The position numbers and the translations under genes were made by a program. From an uncultured Gammaproteobacteria bacterium (GTDB lineage Bacteria; Patescibacteriota; Microgenomatia; Levybacterales; UBA12049), in the NCBI GenBank assembly GCA_964637955.1, contig CAZWXQ010000001.1, forward strand, positions 292,849 to 356,848: a stretch of 64,000 nt of DNA. Reading direction: 5' to 3'. This document shows positions 47,994 through 58,172 of this stretch, one piece after another; the stretch's first letter is position 1; each line of letters opens with the position of its first letter. The notes below the pieces were generated by a model. The model had not been told where the DNA came from and did no database searches. It was given only the letters and a program-made list of their open reading frames with translations.

Positions 47994-49713
47994 ATTTATA
48001 GATATAAGTATTATTGTATTTCTTAACTAATTTTAATTTTGAATTACTATTTAACTTTTCAATTATCTTTCCACCCTTATCAATTTTTTTATTATTAATA
48101 ATGAAGCCATCATTATGGAGCATATCGTATTGATCTTTATGAACAATAATATAGTCCAATCCTAATGATCTTAATTGAGTAATTGTTTTATCCGATGGAA
48201 ATGTTTCATCAAGGTTGTAAGCTAATTTTTGCCAAGGTTCTGGAGTGAATCCTCCACCACCATTCATGGTTCTTCTATAATTTATCGTTGAATAATAAAG
48301 TCTCCATAGTTCAATTGTCGCATAATCAGTCATGTTCCAATTATATATAGGCATCTCAAGATAAATAGAGTCTTTTGGAGTCGTAGAGAGGAAGTGGTGT
48401 TCTGGAGGGAAATCTTTTACTGTTGGCATTGGGATTAGTTTCATGGGGAATCTTAGTTCTGCAACGCAACCTAAGATTAATAGCGCATAAATTATAAACT
48501 TTTTACTTTTATCCTGTCCTTCAAGTATTTTTGTAAATACTATGCTTATTACTATTGCAGCTCCAATCATGAAAAGCATTTCCCATCTTGCTGAGTTTCG
48601 AAAGCCCTGAAAACCTGGAATCAGATAGTAAAAAAGTGCATATGGCAAAGGAATTATGGAGGGATTATGAATTGTTTGACGACCCATATGCAAAACAGGT
48701 CCAAGGCTTAATATAAAGCCTAGAATTGAAATTGATAGAAATGAATTTAGATTTACATTTTTTTTCTTAAGATTTTTAAATGCATAGATAAAACTAAAAA
48801 TAACTAAGATTGAAAATACTGCCCCTAAAAATCCTGGCTTAAATTCATTATTTTGTGAAAACCTATTTATCGGTAAAGAGTTTAAAGTAGTATCGAGTTT
48901 TGAAAAATCAGAAGAATAAAGCATATCTTCTGGTTGGATAGCAAAATGAACAGTATCTTTTAAAGTTCTTACATAACCAAATTCCTTTGAGATTCGAAAA
49001 TAAGGAATCATAATTGGAATAATTGCCGACATGAAAAGTATAAAAATTAGAATATTCTTTTTTGAAACTGCTTTTAAAGTTTCTTTTTTATCAAACAGCC
49101 AGTTAAAGAAAAATATTATTAAATAAGAAATGAGAATAAAATAACCAGCGAGGAAATTGTTATACGTTTGAAGTACTAAAAACATAAAAGAAATTATGAG
49201 GTGTTTAGTTTTTTTACTCTTCATGAAATTGATGAAAAATAAAAGAGAAAGAGGAGTAAGTACTATAAAAAGCATCTGGAGGTGGGCATAGAAACTAAGA
49301 TATGCTGGGGAAAAAATTACTAAAATTCCAGCTAAGATTGATGCGAAGAAATCCTTTGTAATTCTGTAAGCCAATAAATAAAGTGAGAAGCCTGTTAAAA
49401 CTATTCCGGAAATTACGATAAAGTTATTTGTAATTATTGGCTCTTTAGTAATAAGATATGGAATCATAGAAAAAAGAGCGGTAATTATATTTGGATCAGA
49501 TGAAGCAGGTCCTATTTGATAGGGATAAAAAATATTTGTTGTAAAAATATTTTGGATATTACCAGTTAGTACTGATTGAATAATCCATGTATGAATCCAA
49601 GTGTAGATAAAATTATCTCCGTAACCCGTCGTTAGAGTAGTCAGATGAAATGCCCACGGAAAAGTAATAAAAATTCCAGAGATTAAAAATATTAAAAAAG
49701 CTAATAGTTTCAC
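47983..49713 (-). CDS. Multi-TM GT-C/YfhO-like glycosyltransferase
   Basis: GD...W, NIFYPY, LSLGP, PGFQGFRNSARW, NGGGGFTP, YIIVH. Confidence 0.7.
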   Translation of the reverse strand: MKLLAFLIFLISGIFITFPWAFHLTTLTTGYGDNFIYTWIHTWIIQSVLTGNIQNIFTTNIFYPYQIGPASSDPNIITALFSMIPYLITKEPIITNNFIVISGIVLTGFSLYLLAYRITKDFFASILAGILVIFSPAYLSFYAHLQMLFIVLTPLSLLFFINFMKSKKTKHLIISFMFLVLQTYNNFLAGYFILISYLIIFFFNWLFDKKETLKAVSKKNILIFILFMSAIIPIMIPYFRISKEFGYVRTLKDTVHFAIQPEDMLYSSDFSKLDTTLNSLPINRFSQNNEFKPGFLGAVFSILVIFSFIYAFKNLKKKNVNLNSFLSISILGFILSLGPVLHMGRQTIHNPSIIPLPYALFYYLIPGFQGFRNSARWEMLFMIGAAIVISIVFTKILEGQDKSKKFIIYALLILGCVAELRFPMKLIPMPTVKDFPPEHHFLSTTPKDSIYLEMPIYNWNMTDYATIELWRLYYSTINYRRTMNGGGGFTPEPWQKLAYNLDETFPSDKTITQLRSLGLDYIIVHKDQYDMLHNDGFIINNKKIDKGGKIIEKLNSNSKLKLVKKYNNTYIYKFIF

Positions 49714-49757
49714 AAATTTTTCTCATTCTAGCATATGATGAGGGGTTTGCAATTGAT

Positions 49758-50852
49758 TTAGCTTGAGTATTTTTGATAAAGATCATTAATCATTCTTAAT
49801 TCATTGTAATTTCGTGTCTGATCTTTAAGAGTTACGTTTTCAAGCTGGTCTGTTACTGCTTGAGATTCTATGAAGTTATCGAGTACGCTTTTTTTCCATC
49901 CAGCTTCAATCTCTCCTATACTTAATCCAGAAATTTCTTCCATACTTTGAATAAAATTTTGTCGATTTACATTTCCGACCCATCTCTTGAAATTGTTAAC
50001 CCCAAATGTATCTATAAAGTACTTTATAAAAGATCCACCTTTTAAATAATCTGAATCATTTGGGGAGGTATCGTATCTGTCTAAAATATTATCTGTTTCG
50101 CTCGACAAGCTAAAGCAATTTGCTATTGAAAAATCAGTACGTCCTTTTTGGTTTATCATTTTTATTAGTTGGTCATCGCTTATCTTTTTCCATTCGCCCA
50201 TGAAGTCGGTGAATTTATCTCTTGCATGATTGATCATGTGGAGCCTTAAGTAGTCATGAGCATCTTTTCCTGACCCAAAATGATCAAAAAATGTAGCTAA
50301 GCCTTCATGTAGAAATGGAATGAAATAGGCTTCCTTGGAGAATAATGCAGGAGCAAGAATTCCATGTCCAATTGCCTCATGCAAACTTGTTGTATAGGCC
50401 GCAGGAGTCAATTCTGAATCAGGTTTTTTTCTAGTGGTTGTTTTACTGAAGCGAGCATGACTCCAGCTGCTCGAAGTAGGGCTTTCGCGGCCATACGTGT
50501 GTAAGCCATTAATTAATCCATTTCGGTCTCGTCTGGAAACTCGAACTACCTGGAAAGTGTCAGGCATTTCAATTTGGAATAAATCTTTAGCTATTTTTAA
50601 TCCTCCTTCAAGATAATATGCCATGTCTTCCGGACCTTGAAGCGTTGGAGTATCAAAATCCTCGTAGATTTTATTATCCTGAAAAATTACTATAAAGTGG
50701 GGTGACTGCGCATAATGAATATCTGGATGTTTTATGCGATCAAGATCTAATCCGTCAATAATTTTCTGTCTCTCTGGTATGTGGGTTGGTTTTACAGATA
50801 CTTCAGGTGAACCCTCGTAGGTTACATTTTTTTGTGCATCACCAGATTCCAT
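49758..50852 (-). CDS. Putative zinc metallopeptidase (peptidase MA/gluzincin-like)
   Basis: LHEAIGH, then FLHEGLATFF, and Y..GGSFIKYFIDTFG. Confidence 0.65.
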   Translation of the reverse strand: MESGDAQKNVTYEGSPEVSVKPTHIPERQKIIDGLDLDRIKHPDIHYAQSPHFIVIFQDNKIYEDFDTPTLQGPEDMAYYLEGGLKIAKDLFQIEMPDTFQVVRVSRRDRNGLINGLHTYGRESPTSSSWSHARFSKTTTRKKPDSELTPAAYTTSLHEAIGHGILAPALFSKEAYFIPFLHEGLATFFDHFGSGKDAHDYLRLHMINHARDKFTDFMGEWKKISDDQLIKMINQKGRTDFSIANCFSLSSETDNILDRYDTSPNDSDYLKGGSFIKYFIDTFGVNNFKRWVGNVNRQNFIQSMEEISGLSIGEIEAGWKKSVLDNFIESQAVTDQLENVTLKDQTRNYNELRMINDLYQKYSS

Positions 50853-50967
50853 TTAAATATTAAATCAAAATATGCTCTCAATAACAATTTAACTTTCAGA
50901 ACCTCATTCATCTTTAATATGTTTTGTGTTACGATTTAGATAGCACCTTTCAGGGTGTTTAATTACT

Positions 50968-52650
50968 ATGTTACTGCCCGATAGTCAGATTTTGGAGCTT
51001 CTAAAACAGTCTGGTTTGGTTGATCAGAAGACAATGCAGGATGTTGTGGTTTCTGCCGCTAATGCAAGAATTCCTCTACAAGAAGCTGTGATTGAAAAAA
51101 ATGTTATTACAGACGATAAACTTGGTCAGCTTATCGCAAACTTCATAAAGTATCCTTTTGTAGTTCTGGATAAAAGTCAGATTCCCGAGGAAGTGTTTCG
51201 AATAGTTCCTGAAAGAATCGCTAGAAAGCATAGGATTGTCGCTTTTGCCAAAGATGCTACTGGAGTAAAAATGGCAATGGCTGATCCTGTCCACATAAAA
51301 CTTGCTGATTCTATTTCTAAAAAAACCCAAAGAAAAGTAACTGTGTTTATGGCTACAGAGAGAAACATAGAGAACGTGCTCCAGCTTTATAGAAAAAATC
51401 TCCAAACAACTTTTGATGATCTTTTGCAGGAAGAAATTACTAGAACAAATACTACCATGGATGATGCCCCAATCATTAAGATTGTTGATCTACTTATCGC
51501 TTATGCATATCGCGAAAAGGCATCAGATATTCATATTGAGCCTGAAGAAAAAAATTCATTGGTTAGATTCCGAACAGATGGAATTTTACATGACGTGCTT
51601 TATGTAGATAAAAAATTGCACGATAGAATTATTACTAGAATTAAAGTTTTGTCGCGTCTTAGAACAGATGAGCACATGAGTGCTCAGGATGGAAAACTCC
51701 GAACTATAGTTGATGAAGACAGTTTGGATATTCGTGTTTCCATAATTCCAGTTACTGAAGGAGAGAAAGGGGTTCTTAGACTTTTATCATCGCAATTTAG
51801 GCAGTATTCTCTTCATGATCTTGGGATGAATGATAAAGATCTTATGAAAGTAAATAATGGAGTAAATAAATCTTATGGCATGATTCTTTCAACCGGTCCA
51901 ACTGGTTCTGGAAAGACAACTTCAATTTATTCGATTTTAAATATCCTAAATACTAGAGATAGGAATATTACGACCATTGAGGACCCCGTTGAGTACAGGA
52001 TGAAGGGCGTAAATCAGATTCAGGTAAATGAAAAAGCAAATCTTACTTTTGCGAATGGATTAAGGTCTGTTCTTCGTCAGGATCCCAATGTTATTTTTGT
52101 GGGTGAAATCAGAGATGGTGAAACAGCAGGGATTGCGGTAAATGCTGCGCTCACGGGCCATTTGGTGGTTTCGACAGTTCATACAAATGATGCAGCGACC
52201 ACGCTTCCTAGATTAGTGGACATGAAAGTAGAGCCATTTCTTGTGGCATCAACTATTAATGTAATTATCGCTCAAAGACTTGTGAGAAAAATTTGTGAGT
52301 CCTGCAAGATTCCAGTTGTTATAAAAAGATCTGAGTTAATTAAGGAAATTCCTGAAGTTACTATCGCGAAGCATTTTGGTCTTGGGGAGGATCTAAAAGG
52401 ATTTGAAGGCAAGGGTTGTAAGATTTGTCATGCTACTGGTTATTCTGGTCGTATTGGTATTTTTGAAATAATTTCTATGTCTGAAAAAATAAAATCCCTT
52501 ATCGCTCAAAAGAAAGACTCAAATGAAATAAAAAAAGAAGCAATAGCAGAAGGAATGACTACAATGCTTGAAGATGGAATGGATAAAGCAGCAAAAGGCT
52601 TAACAACGGTTAAGGAAGTGTTTAGAGCTACAAAAGCTGAAGCAACTTAA
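50968..52650 (+). CDS. pilB: Type IV pilus assembly ATPase (PilB/GspE)
   Basis: ASDIHIEP, TGPTGSGKTT, TIEDPVEY, LRQDPNVIFVGEIRD, ALTGHLV.ST.H, CESC...CKIC. Confidence 0.95.
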   Translation: MLLPDSQILELLKQSGLVDQKTMQDVVVSAANARIPLQEAVIEKNVITDDKLGQLIANFIKYPFVVLDKSQIPEEVFRIVPERIARKHRIVAFAKDATGVKMAMADPVHIKLADSISKKTQRKVTVFMATERNIENVLQLYRKNLQTTFDDLLQEEITRTNTTMDDAPIIKIVDLLIAYAYREKASDIHIEPEEKNSLVRFRTDGILHDVLYVDKKLHDRIITRIKVLSRLRTDEHMSAQDGKLRTIVDEDSLDIRVSIIPVTEGEKGVLRLLSSQFRQYSLHDLGMNDKDLMKVNNGVNKSYGMILSTGPTGSGKTTSIYSILNILNTRDRNITTIEDPVEYRMKGVNQIQVNEKANLTFANGLRSVLRQDPNVIFVGEIRDGETAGIAVNAALTGHLVVSTVHTNDAATTLPRLVDMKVEPFLVASTINVIIAQRLVRKICESCKIPVVIKRSELIKEIPEVTIAKHFGLGEDLKGFEGKGCKICHATGYSGRIGIFEIISMSEKIKSLIAQKKDSNEIKKEAIAEGMTTMLEDGMDKAAKGLTTVKEVFRATKAEAT

Positions 52651-52653
52651 AAT

Positions 52654-53709
52654 ATGTTTAAGAGGTCAAAAATTACTTTAAAAAACTCAGAGAAATTAAA
52701 TTTACTTAGTAATTTATCTACAATGATTTCTTCTGGTATTCCTATTCTTGAAACAGTTGATTCTCTGCTCGAAGATTCAAAAGGCGGCACACAAAAAGTT
52801 CTCCAAATAATACGCGAAGATATGCTTCAAGGAAACCATCTTTACACTTCGTTTACAAAGTTTCCTGATATTTTCGATAAAGTTACAGTAAATGTAATAA
52901 GAGCTTCAGAGGAGGCTGGAACGCTTGATGTTACTTTGAAAGATATTAGAGATCAGCTCGAAAAAGAAATTGAATTCCAGGATAAGCTTAAGTCCGCGAT
53001 GATTTATCCTATTTTTATTGTAATTGTATTCTTTGGCGTTATGGTGATGATGCTCGTTGTAGTAATGCCTAAAATTTCGACAGTATTCTCAAGACTTAAA
53101 GTAGACCTACCTCTCCCAACTCGCATTATGATAGCAATGTCAGATATAGTTACGCAGTATACAATTCCTCTATTGGCTGGAACCTTGGTGTTGGTATTTT
53201 TCATGATAATTCTTTATCGAGCACAGAAAAAAAGAATATTAGGCATGGTTTATAAATTGCCATTGATTTCAACATTGGTTAAGGAAATTGATTTAGCACA
53301 TTTTTCGAGAAGTATGTTCTTGCTTTTATCTTCAGGAATTACTATTACAAACGCTCTTGAATTATCTCAGGAGGTTGTAATGAGAAAAGATATTGCCAAA
53401 GCGATTGCTCACGCAAAAGAAACTGTTCTTTCGGGAAAAAATTTATCTCAAGGATTTAGAGACGAAAAAAAGATTTTTTCTGGAATAATTATAAAACTAG
53501 TAGAAGCAGGTGAAAAAACAGGAACTTTAGACAAGTCTTTGGCTGATGTATCGAAGCAGATGGATTATAAAGTTAGCAACACGCTCACGACACTAACCGC
53601 AATGCTTGAGCCGGTAATGCTTGTTGCTGTAGGAATTTTAGTGGGTGGAATGATGCTAGCAATAATCGCTCCTATTTATGGATTAATTGGAAAAGTTGGA
53701 GCAAGGTAA
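52654..53709 (+). CDS. pilC: Type IV pilus platform protein (PilC/GspF)
   Basis: SGIPI, EEAGTL, AMIYP, LPLPTR, GEKTGTLD, LEP. Confidence 0.93.
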   Translation: MFKRSKITLKNSEKLNLLSNLSTMISSGIPILETVDSLLEDSKGGTQKVLQIIREDMLQGNHLYTSFTKFPDIFDKVTVNVIRASEEAGTLDVTLKDIRDQLEKEIEFQDKLKSAMIYPIFIVIVFFGVMVMMLVVVMPKISTVFSRLKVDLPLPTRIMIAMSDIVTQYTIPLLAGTLVLVFFMIILYRAQKKRILGMVYKLPLISTLVKEIDLAHFSRSMFLLLSSGITITNALELSQEVVMRKDIAKAIAHAKETVLSGKNLSQGFRDEKKIFSGIIIKLVEAGEKTGTLDKSLADVSKQMDYKVSNTLTTLTAMLEPVMLVAVGILVGGMMLAIIAPIYGLIGKVGAR

Positions 53710-53710
53710 A

Positions 53711-54289
53711 ATGGCAAATCAAAAAATTTGGTTAAAGAAAGATTCGAATAAAGGTTTTATACAGCACCAATTAAATAGGTATTGGTTTAGATCATTGAAT
53801 CAAAAAGCAAAATATGATGCTGGATTTACTTTAATAGAGCTTTTGGTGGTCATTACGATTAGTTCAATTTTGTTCGCGTTAATCGCTTTTAATTTGGCTG
53901 GAATCCAAGATAGAACTGCTCATCGTGCGGGTGTAAATACAATTATTTCTGATTTAAAGCTCCAACAAATAAAAGCAATGACTGGCTCAACTGAAGGTAG
54001 AAGTGCGAGCGATAATTATGGAATTTATTTTATGACAGATCGATACGTATTGTTTCATGGAAATTCCTATAGCGCATCAGAGCCAACAAATTTTACAATC
54101 GAACTGCCTGAAAACATTCGAATACAAAGCACGGCTTTCCCTGGAAATTCTGTATTGTTTTCGAAAGTAAGCGGAGAAGTTGCAGGTTTTACTTCTGGTA
54201 ATAACACAATAGTAATAAGAGAAACAAATTTAAATAGTGATAAGACTATAACTATTAATAGATATGGTGTAATTACATCTGTAAATTAA
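53711..54289 (+). CDS. Type IV pilin-like protein (FimT/GspH-like)
   Basis: G|FTLIELLVVI class III signal. Confidence 0.85.
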   Translation: MANQKIWLKKDSNKGFIQHQLNRYWFRSLNQKAKYDAGFTLIELLVVITISSILFALIAFNLAGIQDRTAHRAGVNTIISDLKLQQIKAMTGSTEGRSASDNYGIYFMTDRYVLFHGNSYSASEPTNFTIELPENIRIQSTAFPGNSVLFSKVSGEVAGFTSGNNTIVIRETNLNSDKTITINRYGVITSVN

Positions 54290-57271
54290 ATGAAAATATT
54301 TAATTTTTTAAAAAGCAAAAAGGGTAATTCTATAGTTGAGATTCTACTCGTGATAGGACTTGCAGCAATTCTTATTCCGGCAATATTAACTGGCATTGTT
54401 GCTACGAGAGAGGGGAGAGCTCAACATGATCAAAGGGTTGAGGCAGTTTCTATGTTAACAAATGCTCAAGAGGCTGTTAAAAGTATTGCTTTAAGGAATT
54501 GGGCGCTTGTTGCTACAAATGGAACTTTTCATCCCACGATTTCTGGAAACGCATGGATTCTTTCAAATGGATCCATAACCCAAAATGGATATACAACAAG
54601 TGTTGTAGTAAGTGATGTCTATAGAGACGGTACTGGTGCAGTTGTATCAAGTGGGGGCACTCTTGATCCAGCTACAAAACAAGTTACAACCACTATTTCC
54701 TGGACGACGCCGTTTAATTCTCAGGTATCAGCTATCTCATATTTTTCTCGTTATAAAAATCAAGTGTATACAGAAACAACTGCTGCGCAGTTTACTGCCG
54801 GTACGCTAATAAATACGCAGGTAACAAATGTTTCTGGTGGTGAAGTTAAATTAACTAATAATAATAAAGCTAAATGGTGTTCTCCTGCTTTTAATTCGGC
54901 TACGATTGATTTGCCTGATGGACCACCTGTAGCAGTTGCAGCTACCGCGAGTGCTACTTCTGTAAATACACCAAATGACGCTTACGTGGCAGTCTCTCCG
55001 CTTACTACAAATTCAATTAAGATGGTACATGTAAATGTAACTGCTAATACAGATCCGCCAACGACTTCTCAAAGAGGTAAATTTACATTAAATTCATCTG
55101 AATACAGTAATCCTTCATATGTTCCTTCTGGACTTGATCTAACTAATACTTTTAAAACCAATGATGTGAAGTATTATAAATCAGCTGGCGGCAACACTTA
55201 CGCTCTCATTGCAACAGATTTACCGACCAAAGAAGTTATTGCTGTTTGGGTTAACGACGGAGATTCCAGTAACGATAATAATACATCTGGAGAATTCCAA
55301 GATCCCGTAAATAAAATTTATAAGTATAAAACATTCTTTAATACAAGAATATTTAACTCAGCAGCAGGTTTGGATACCGGTTTTATTAATCCATCTGGTA
55401 ATTCTTCCGAAACTTCAAGCGCAGGAGATAATAATGGGTTTCAGTCAAATCCTACAAGAGCTTATTCAGATAATAATTCATTTGCAGTGGATACAGATAG
55501 TGGTAGTGGTACAGGAACTAGTTGTACAGGAGCTGATAAGGATAAGCATCGTTTTTATAATTACAGCCTACCACTTGCATCTGGTGTAACTATAAATGGA
55601 ATTGAATTACGCCTAGATGCAAGAGTTGATAGCGTGACAGGTTCACCTTTTGAATGTGTACAGCTTTCATGGGATGGAGGTACTTCCTGGACAACTGCAA
55701 AGAGTACATCAAATCTTACTACTGGTGAAGTTACATATACTTTGGGTGGTTCTGCTGATACATGGGGACGTACTTGGACTACGTCAAATCTGTCTAATTC
55801 TAATTTTCGTGTTCGTGTAGTTAATGTTGCAAGTAATACATCTCGTGATTTTTCTCTGGACTATGTTGGAGTGAAAGTTTATTACAGCGGAGTTTCAGCT
55901 ACAAATGATCAGGCGCCGTTTGATTATGGAGCAAAATCTATAACAGTGCTTGGAGATAAAGGCTATGTAGCTTCTGGAGGATATTTATATACTTTTGATT
56001 TAAGTAATATTGACAGTAAATCCTCATCTGCAGAGCTTGATCAGGTCGGATGTAGAATTGAAATTCAGGGATATGATTGCAAGCCTGGAGCTTCAGCGAG
56101 TAGTTTAAAGTACGATATAGGAGAGACTGGAACTTCATGGAGCGATGTAGGATCACCTGCACATAATGACTGTTCTGATGGGGGAAATATTGAGTTAAAT
56201 GCCGACAATCATATCACAGGTGTACAGGTGGGAGGAAGTAATTATATATATGTTGCAGTTGGAGCTGGATATGATTCCGAGCTAAACATAGTAAATGCAA
56301 CAAACGTACCAGATTTAGCTTCAGCTCCGGCTATAAATAGTAATAGTTGCGGAAGATCAACTGGAGGTCATGCTGGGTGGAAATTGGTTGGTTCACTTGA
56401 TTTTAATTCTAGACCAGGCACAGAAGAAGCTGCGAATTCTGTATATGTCAAATCTGATGGGACGCGGGCATATATATCTTCAAATGGAGGAATTGATGCA
56501 AATAGTGATGGTACGCCAGACAGTAAACAGTTCTATGTAATTAACACTACAAATAAAACTTCTCCTGCATTCTTAGCAGGGGCCCCAGGATCTCCTACAT
56601 ATGGTCCAACGAGTGGGTTCTACTATGGAACTGGAGCTAATGCAGATTTATTTCCAAGACGCTCCCTTACGGTTCTTAACGGAGATAGGGTAGTTCTTGT
56701 GGGAAGTGATGGAAAAAGTAATGTTGATGATGCGCAGGAATATCAGGTATTAAATAGCGAGGTAGAAACAGCACCTGCATATTGTGCGGGACTTAATTTC
56801 GATCAAGGCTTTAACGACTTAACCTCAGTCACCGAAGCTGATACAGATAATTATGTTTACATGGTAGCGAACACCAACTTAAATGAGCTTAAGATTATTG
56901 AGGGGGGTCCTGATAATGCCCTTTATGTTGCCTCAGGTACATTTGAATCGCAAACTTTTGACGCATCTGCTGGGAATATGTTTAATAGATTTTTTGCGAC
57001 GAGCACAGTTCCGTCAAATACAACATTAACTTATCAGGTTGCAATTGCCGATGCTGTAAGTGGAAGTTGTAGTGGAGCATCTTATAACTACATCGGTCCT
57101 GATGGAACAAATAATTCATTTTTTTCATCGGCCTCAGAGTTGCCTAAAAATGACGATGGCTCTGGATTTGAGAACCCAGGTAGATGCATGAGATATAAAG
57201 TTTATATGTCATCAGTAGATCAACAGCAGACTCCAGTGCTTCAAGATTTTGGAGTAAATTATTCATACTAA
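54290..57271 (+). CDS. Giant (993 aa) minor pilin / putative tip adhesin
   Basis: KKG|NSIVEILLVIGL pilin N-terminus followed by Ser/Thr/Gly/Asn-rich beta domains with several Cys. Confidence 0.8.
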   Translation: MKIFNFLKSKKGNSIVEILLVIGLAAILIPAILTGIVATREGRAQHDQRVEAVSMLTNAQEAVKSIALRNWALVATNGTFHPTISGNAWILSNGSITQNGYTTSVVVSDVYRDGTGAVVSSGGTLDPATKQVTTTISWTTPFNSQVSAISYFSRYKNQVYTETTAAQFTAGTLINTQVTNVSGGEVKLTNNNKAKWCSPAFNSATIDLPDGPPVAVAATASATSVNTPNDAYVAVSPLTTNSIKMVHVNVTANTDPPTTSQRGKFTLNSSEYSNPSYVPSGLDLTNTFKTNDVKYYKSAGGNTYALIATDLPTKEVIAVWVNDGDSSNDNNTSGEFQDPVNKIYKYKTFFNTRIFNSAAGLDTGFINPSGNSSETSSAGDNNGFQSNPTRAYSDNNSFAVDTDSGSGTGTSCTGADKDKHRFYNYSLPLASGVTINGIELRLDARVDSVTGSPFECVQLSWDGGTSWTTAKSTSNLTTGEVTYTLGGSADTWGRTWTTSNLSNSNFRVRVVNVASNTSRDFSLDYVGVKVYYSGVSATNDQAPFDYGAKSITVLGDKGYVASGGYLYTFDLSNIDSKSSSAELDQVGCRIEIQGYDCKPGASASSLKYDIGETGTSWSDVGSPAHNDCSDGGNIELNADNHITGVQVGGSNYIYVAVGAGYDSELNIVNATNVPDLASAPAINSNSCGRSTGGHAGWKLVGSLDFNSRPGTEEAANSVYVKSDGTRAYISSNGGIDANSDGTPDSKQFYVINTTNKTSPAFLAGAPGSPTYGPTSGFYYGTGANADLFPRRSLTVLNGDRVVLVGSDGKSNVDDAQEYQVLNSEVETAPAYCAGLNFDQGFNDLTSVTEADTDNYVYMVANTNLNELKIIEGGPDNALYVASGTFESQTFDASAGNMFNRFFATSTVPSNTTLTYQVAIADAVSGSCSGASYNYIGPDGTNNSFFSSASELPKNDDGSGFENPGRCMRYKVYMSSVDQQQTPVLQDFGVNYSY

Positions 57272-57279
57272 GATTTTTT

Positions 57280-57801
57280 ATGAAAATTAATTTTTTGACA
57301 CATATAAGAATTAGAAGAAAATCGTCGGGTTTTACATTAATTGAGCTTCTTATTTATATGGGATTATTTTCAATATTAACTACGATTACTCTTCAATTAT
57401 TTGCGACAATTTTTGATGCTGAGACTGAGGCGGAAGCAGTTTCCTCGATAACAAGTGACAGTAAATTTATTATGAATAGATTTACATATGATCTTAATCG
57501 GTCTTCAAGTGTTACGACGCCTGTTAGCTTAGGGACTCAAAGTGCCACACTAACTATGGTTATAAATTCACAAAATCTAAGATATAGTCTAGACAGTGGA
57601 AATCTTAAATTAGATAACCTCACAACTGGCACTTCTGATAATTTAAATACAAATGAGACTACGGTTTCAAACTTATCTTTCATAAGACTTGATGGGGGAG
57701 GAAATGATGCTGTTCAAATTACATTTACTCTTACGTCAGTCGCAACAGATACTTCAGGTAAGCAAATTAAAACGTATACCACATCAGGAGGAATTAGATA
57801 A
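57280..57801 (+). CDS. Type IV minor pilin (PilW-like)
   Basis: SG|FTLIELLIYMGL. Confidence 0.85.
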   Translation: MKINFLTHIRIRRKSSGFTLIELLIYMGLFSILTTITLQLFATIFDAETEAEAVSSITSDSKFIMNRFTYDLNRSSSVTTPVSLGTQSATLTMVINSQNLRYSLDSGNLKLDNLTTGTSDNLNTNETTVSNLSFIRLDGGGNDAVQITFTLTSVATDTSGKQIKTYTTSGGIR

Positions 57802-58172
57802 TGCAAAAAGAAAGTCAAAAAGGTCAATCGTTAATAACGATTTTATTTTTTGTGGTAATTTCAATTACTATTATTACTGCAATATCATCTATTATTTTAA
57901 ATAGCACTTCGACTGGTTCTAGCATTGAGCAAGGTAGTATTGCATATTATAGTGCTGAGTCAGGAGCCCAAAATGCAATATTAAGACTACTTAGGGATCC
58001 AAATTATACAGGGGAAACCATGAGTCTTAATGATGGTACTGTGACAATAGTTGTTAGCGGAGGTGTAATCACGTCAACTGCTCATGTGGCAAATTCCATT
58101 AGGAAAATAGAAGTCCAAACAGGATACAATAATAATATTCTTACAATTTCATCATGGAAAGAGATAAATTAA
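57801..58172 (+). CDS. PilX-like minor pilin
   Basis: KG|QSLITILFF without Glu5; AYYSAESG.QNA.LRL. Confidence 0.8.
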   Translation: MQKESQKGQSLITILFFVVISITIITAISSIILNSTSTGSSIEQGSIAYYSAESGAQNAILRLLRDPNYTGETMSLNDGTVTIVVSGGVITSTAHVANSIRKIEVQTGYNNNILTISSWKEIN

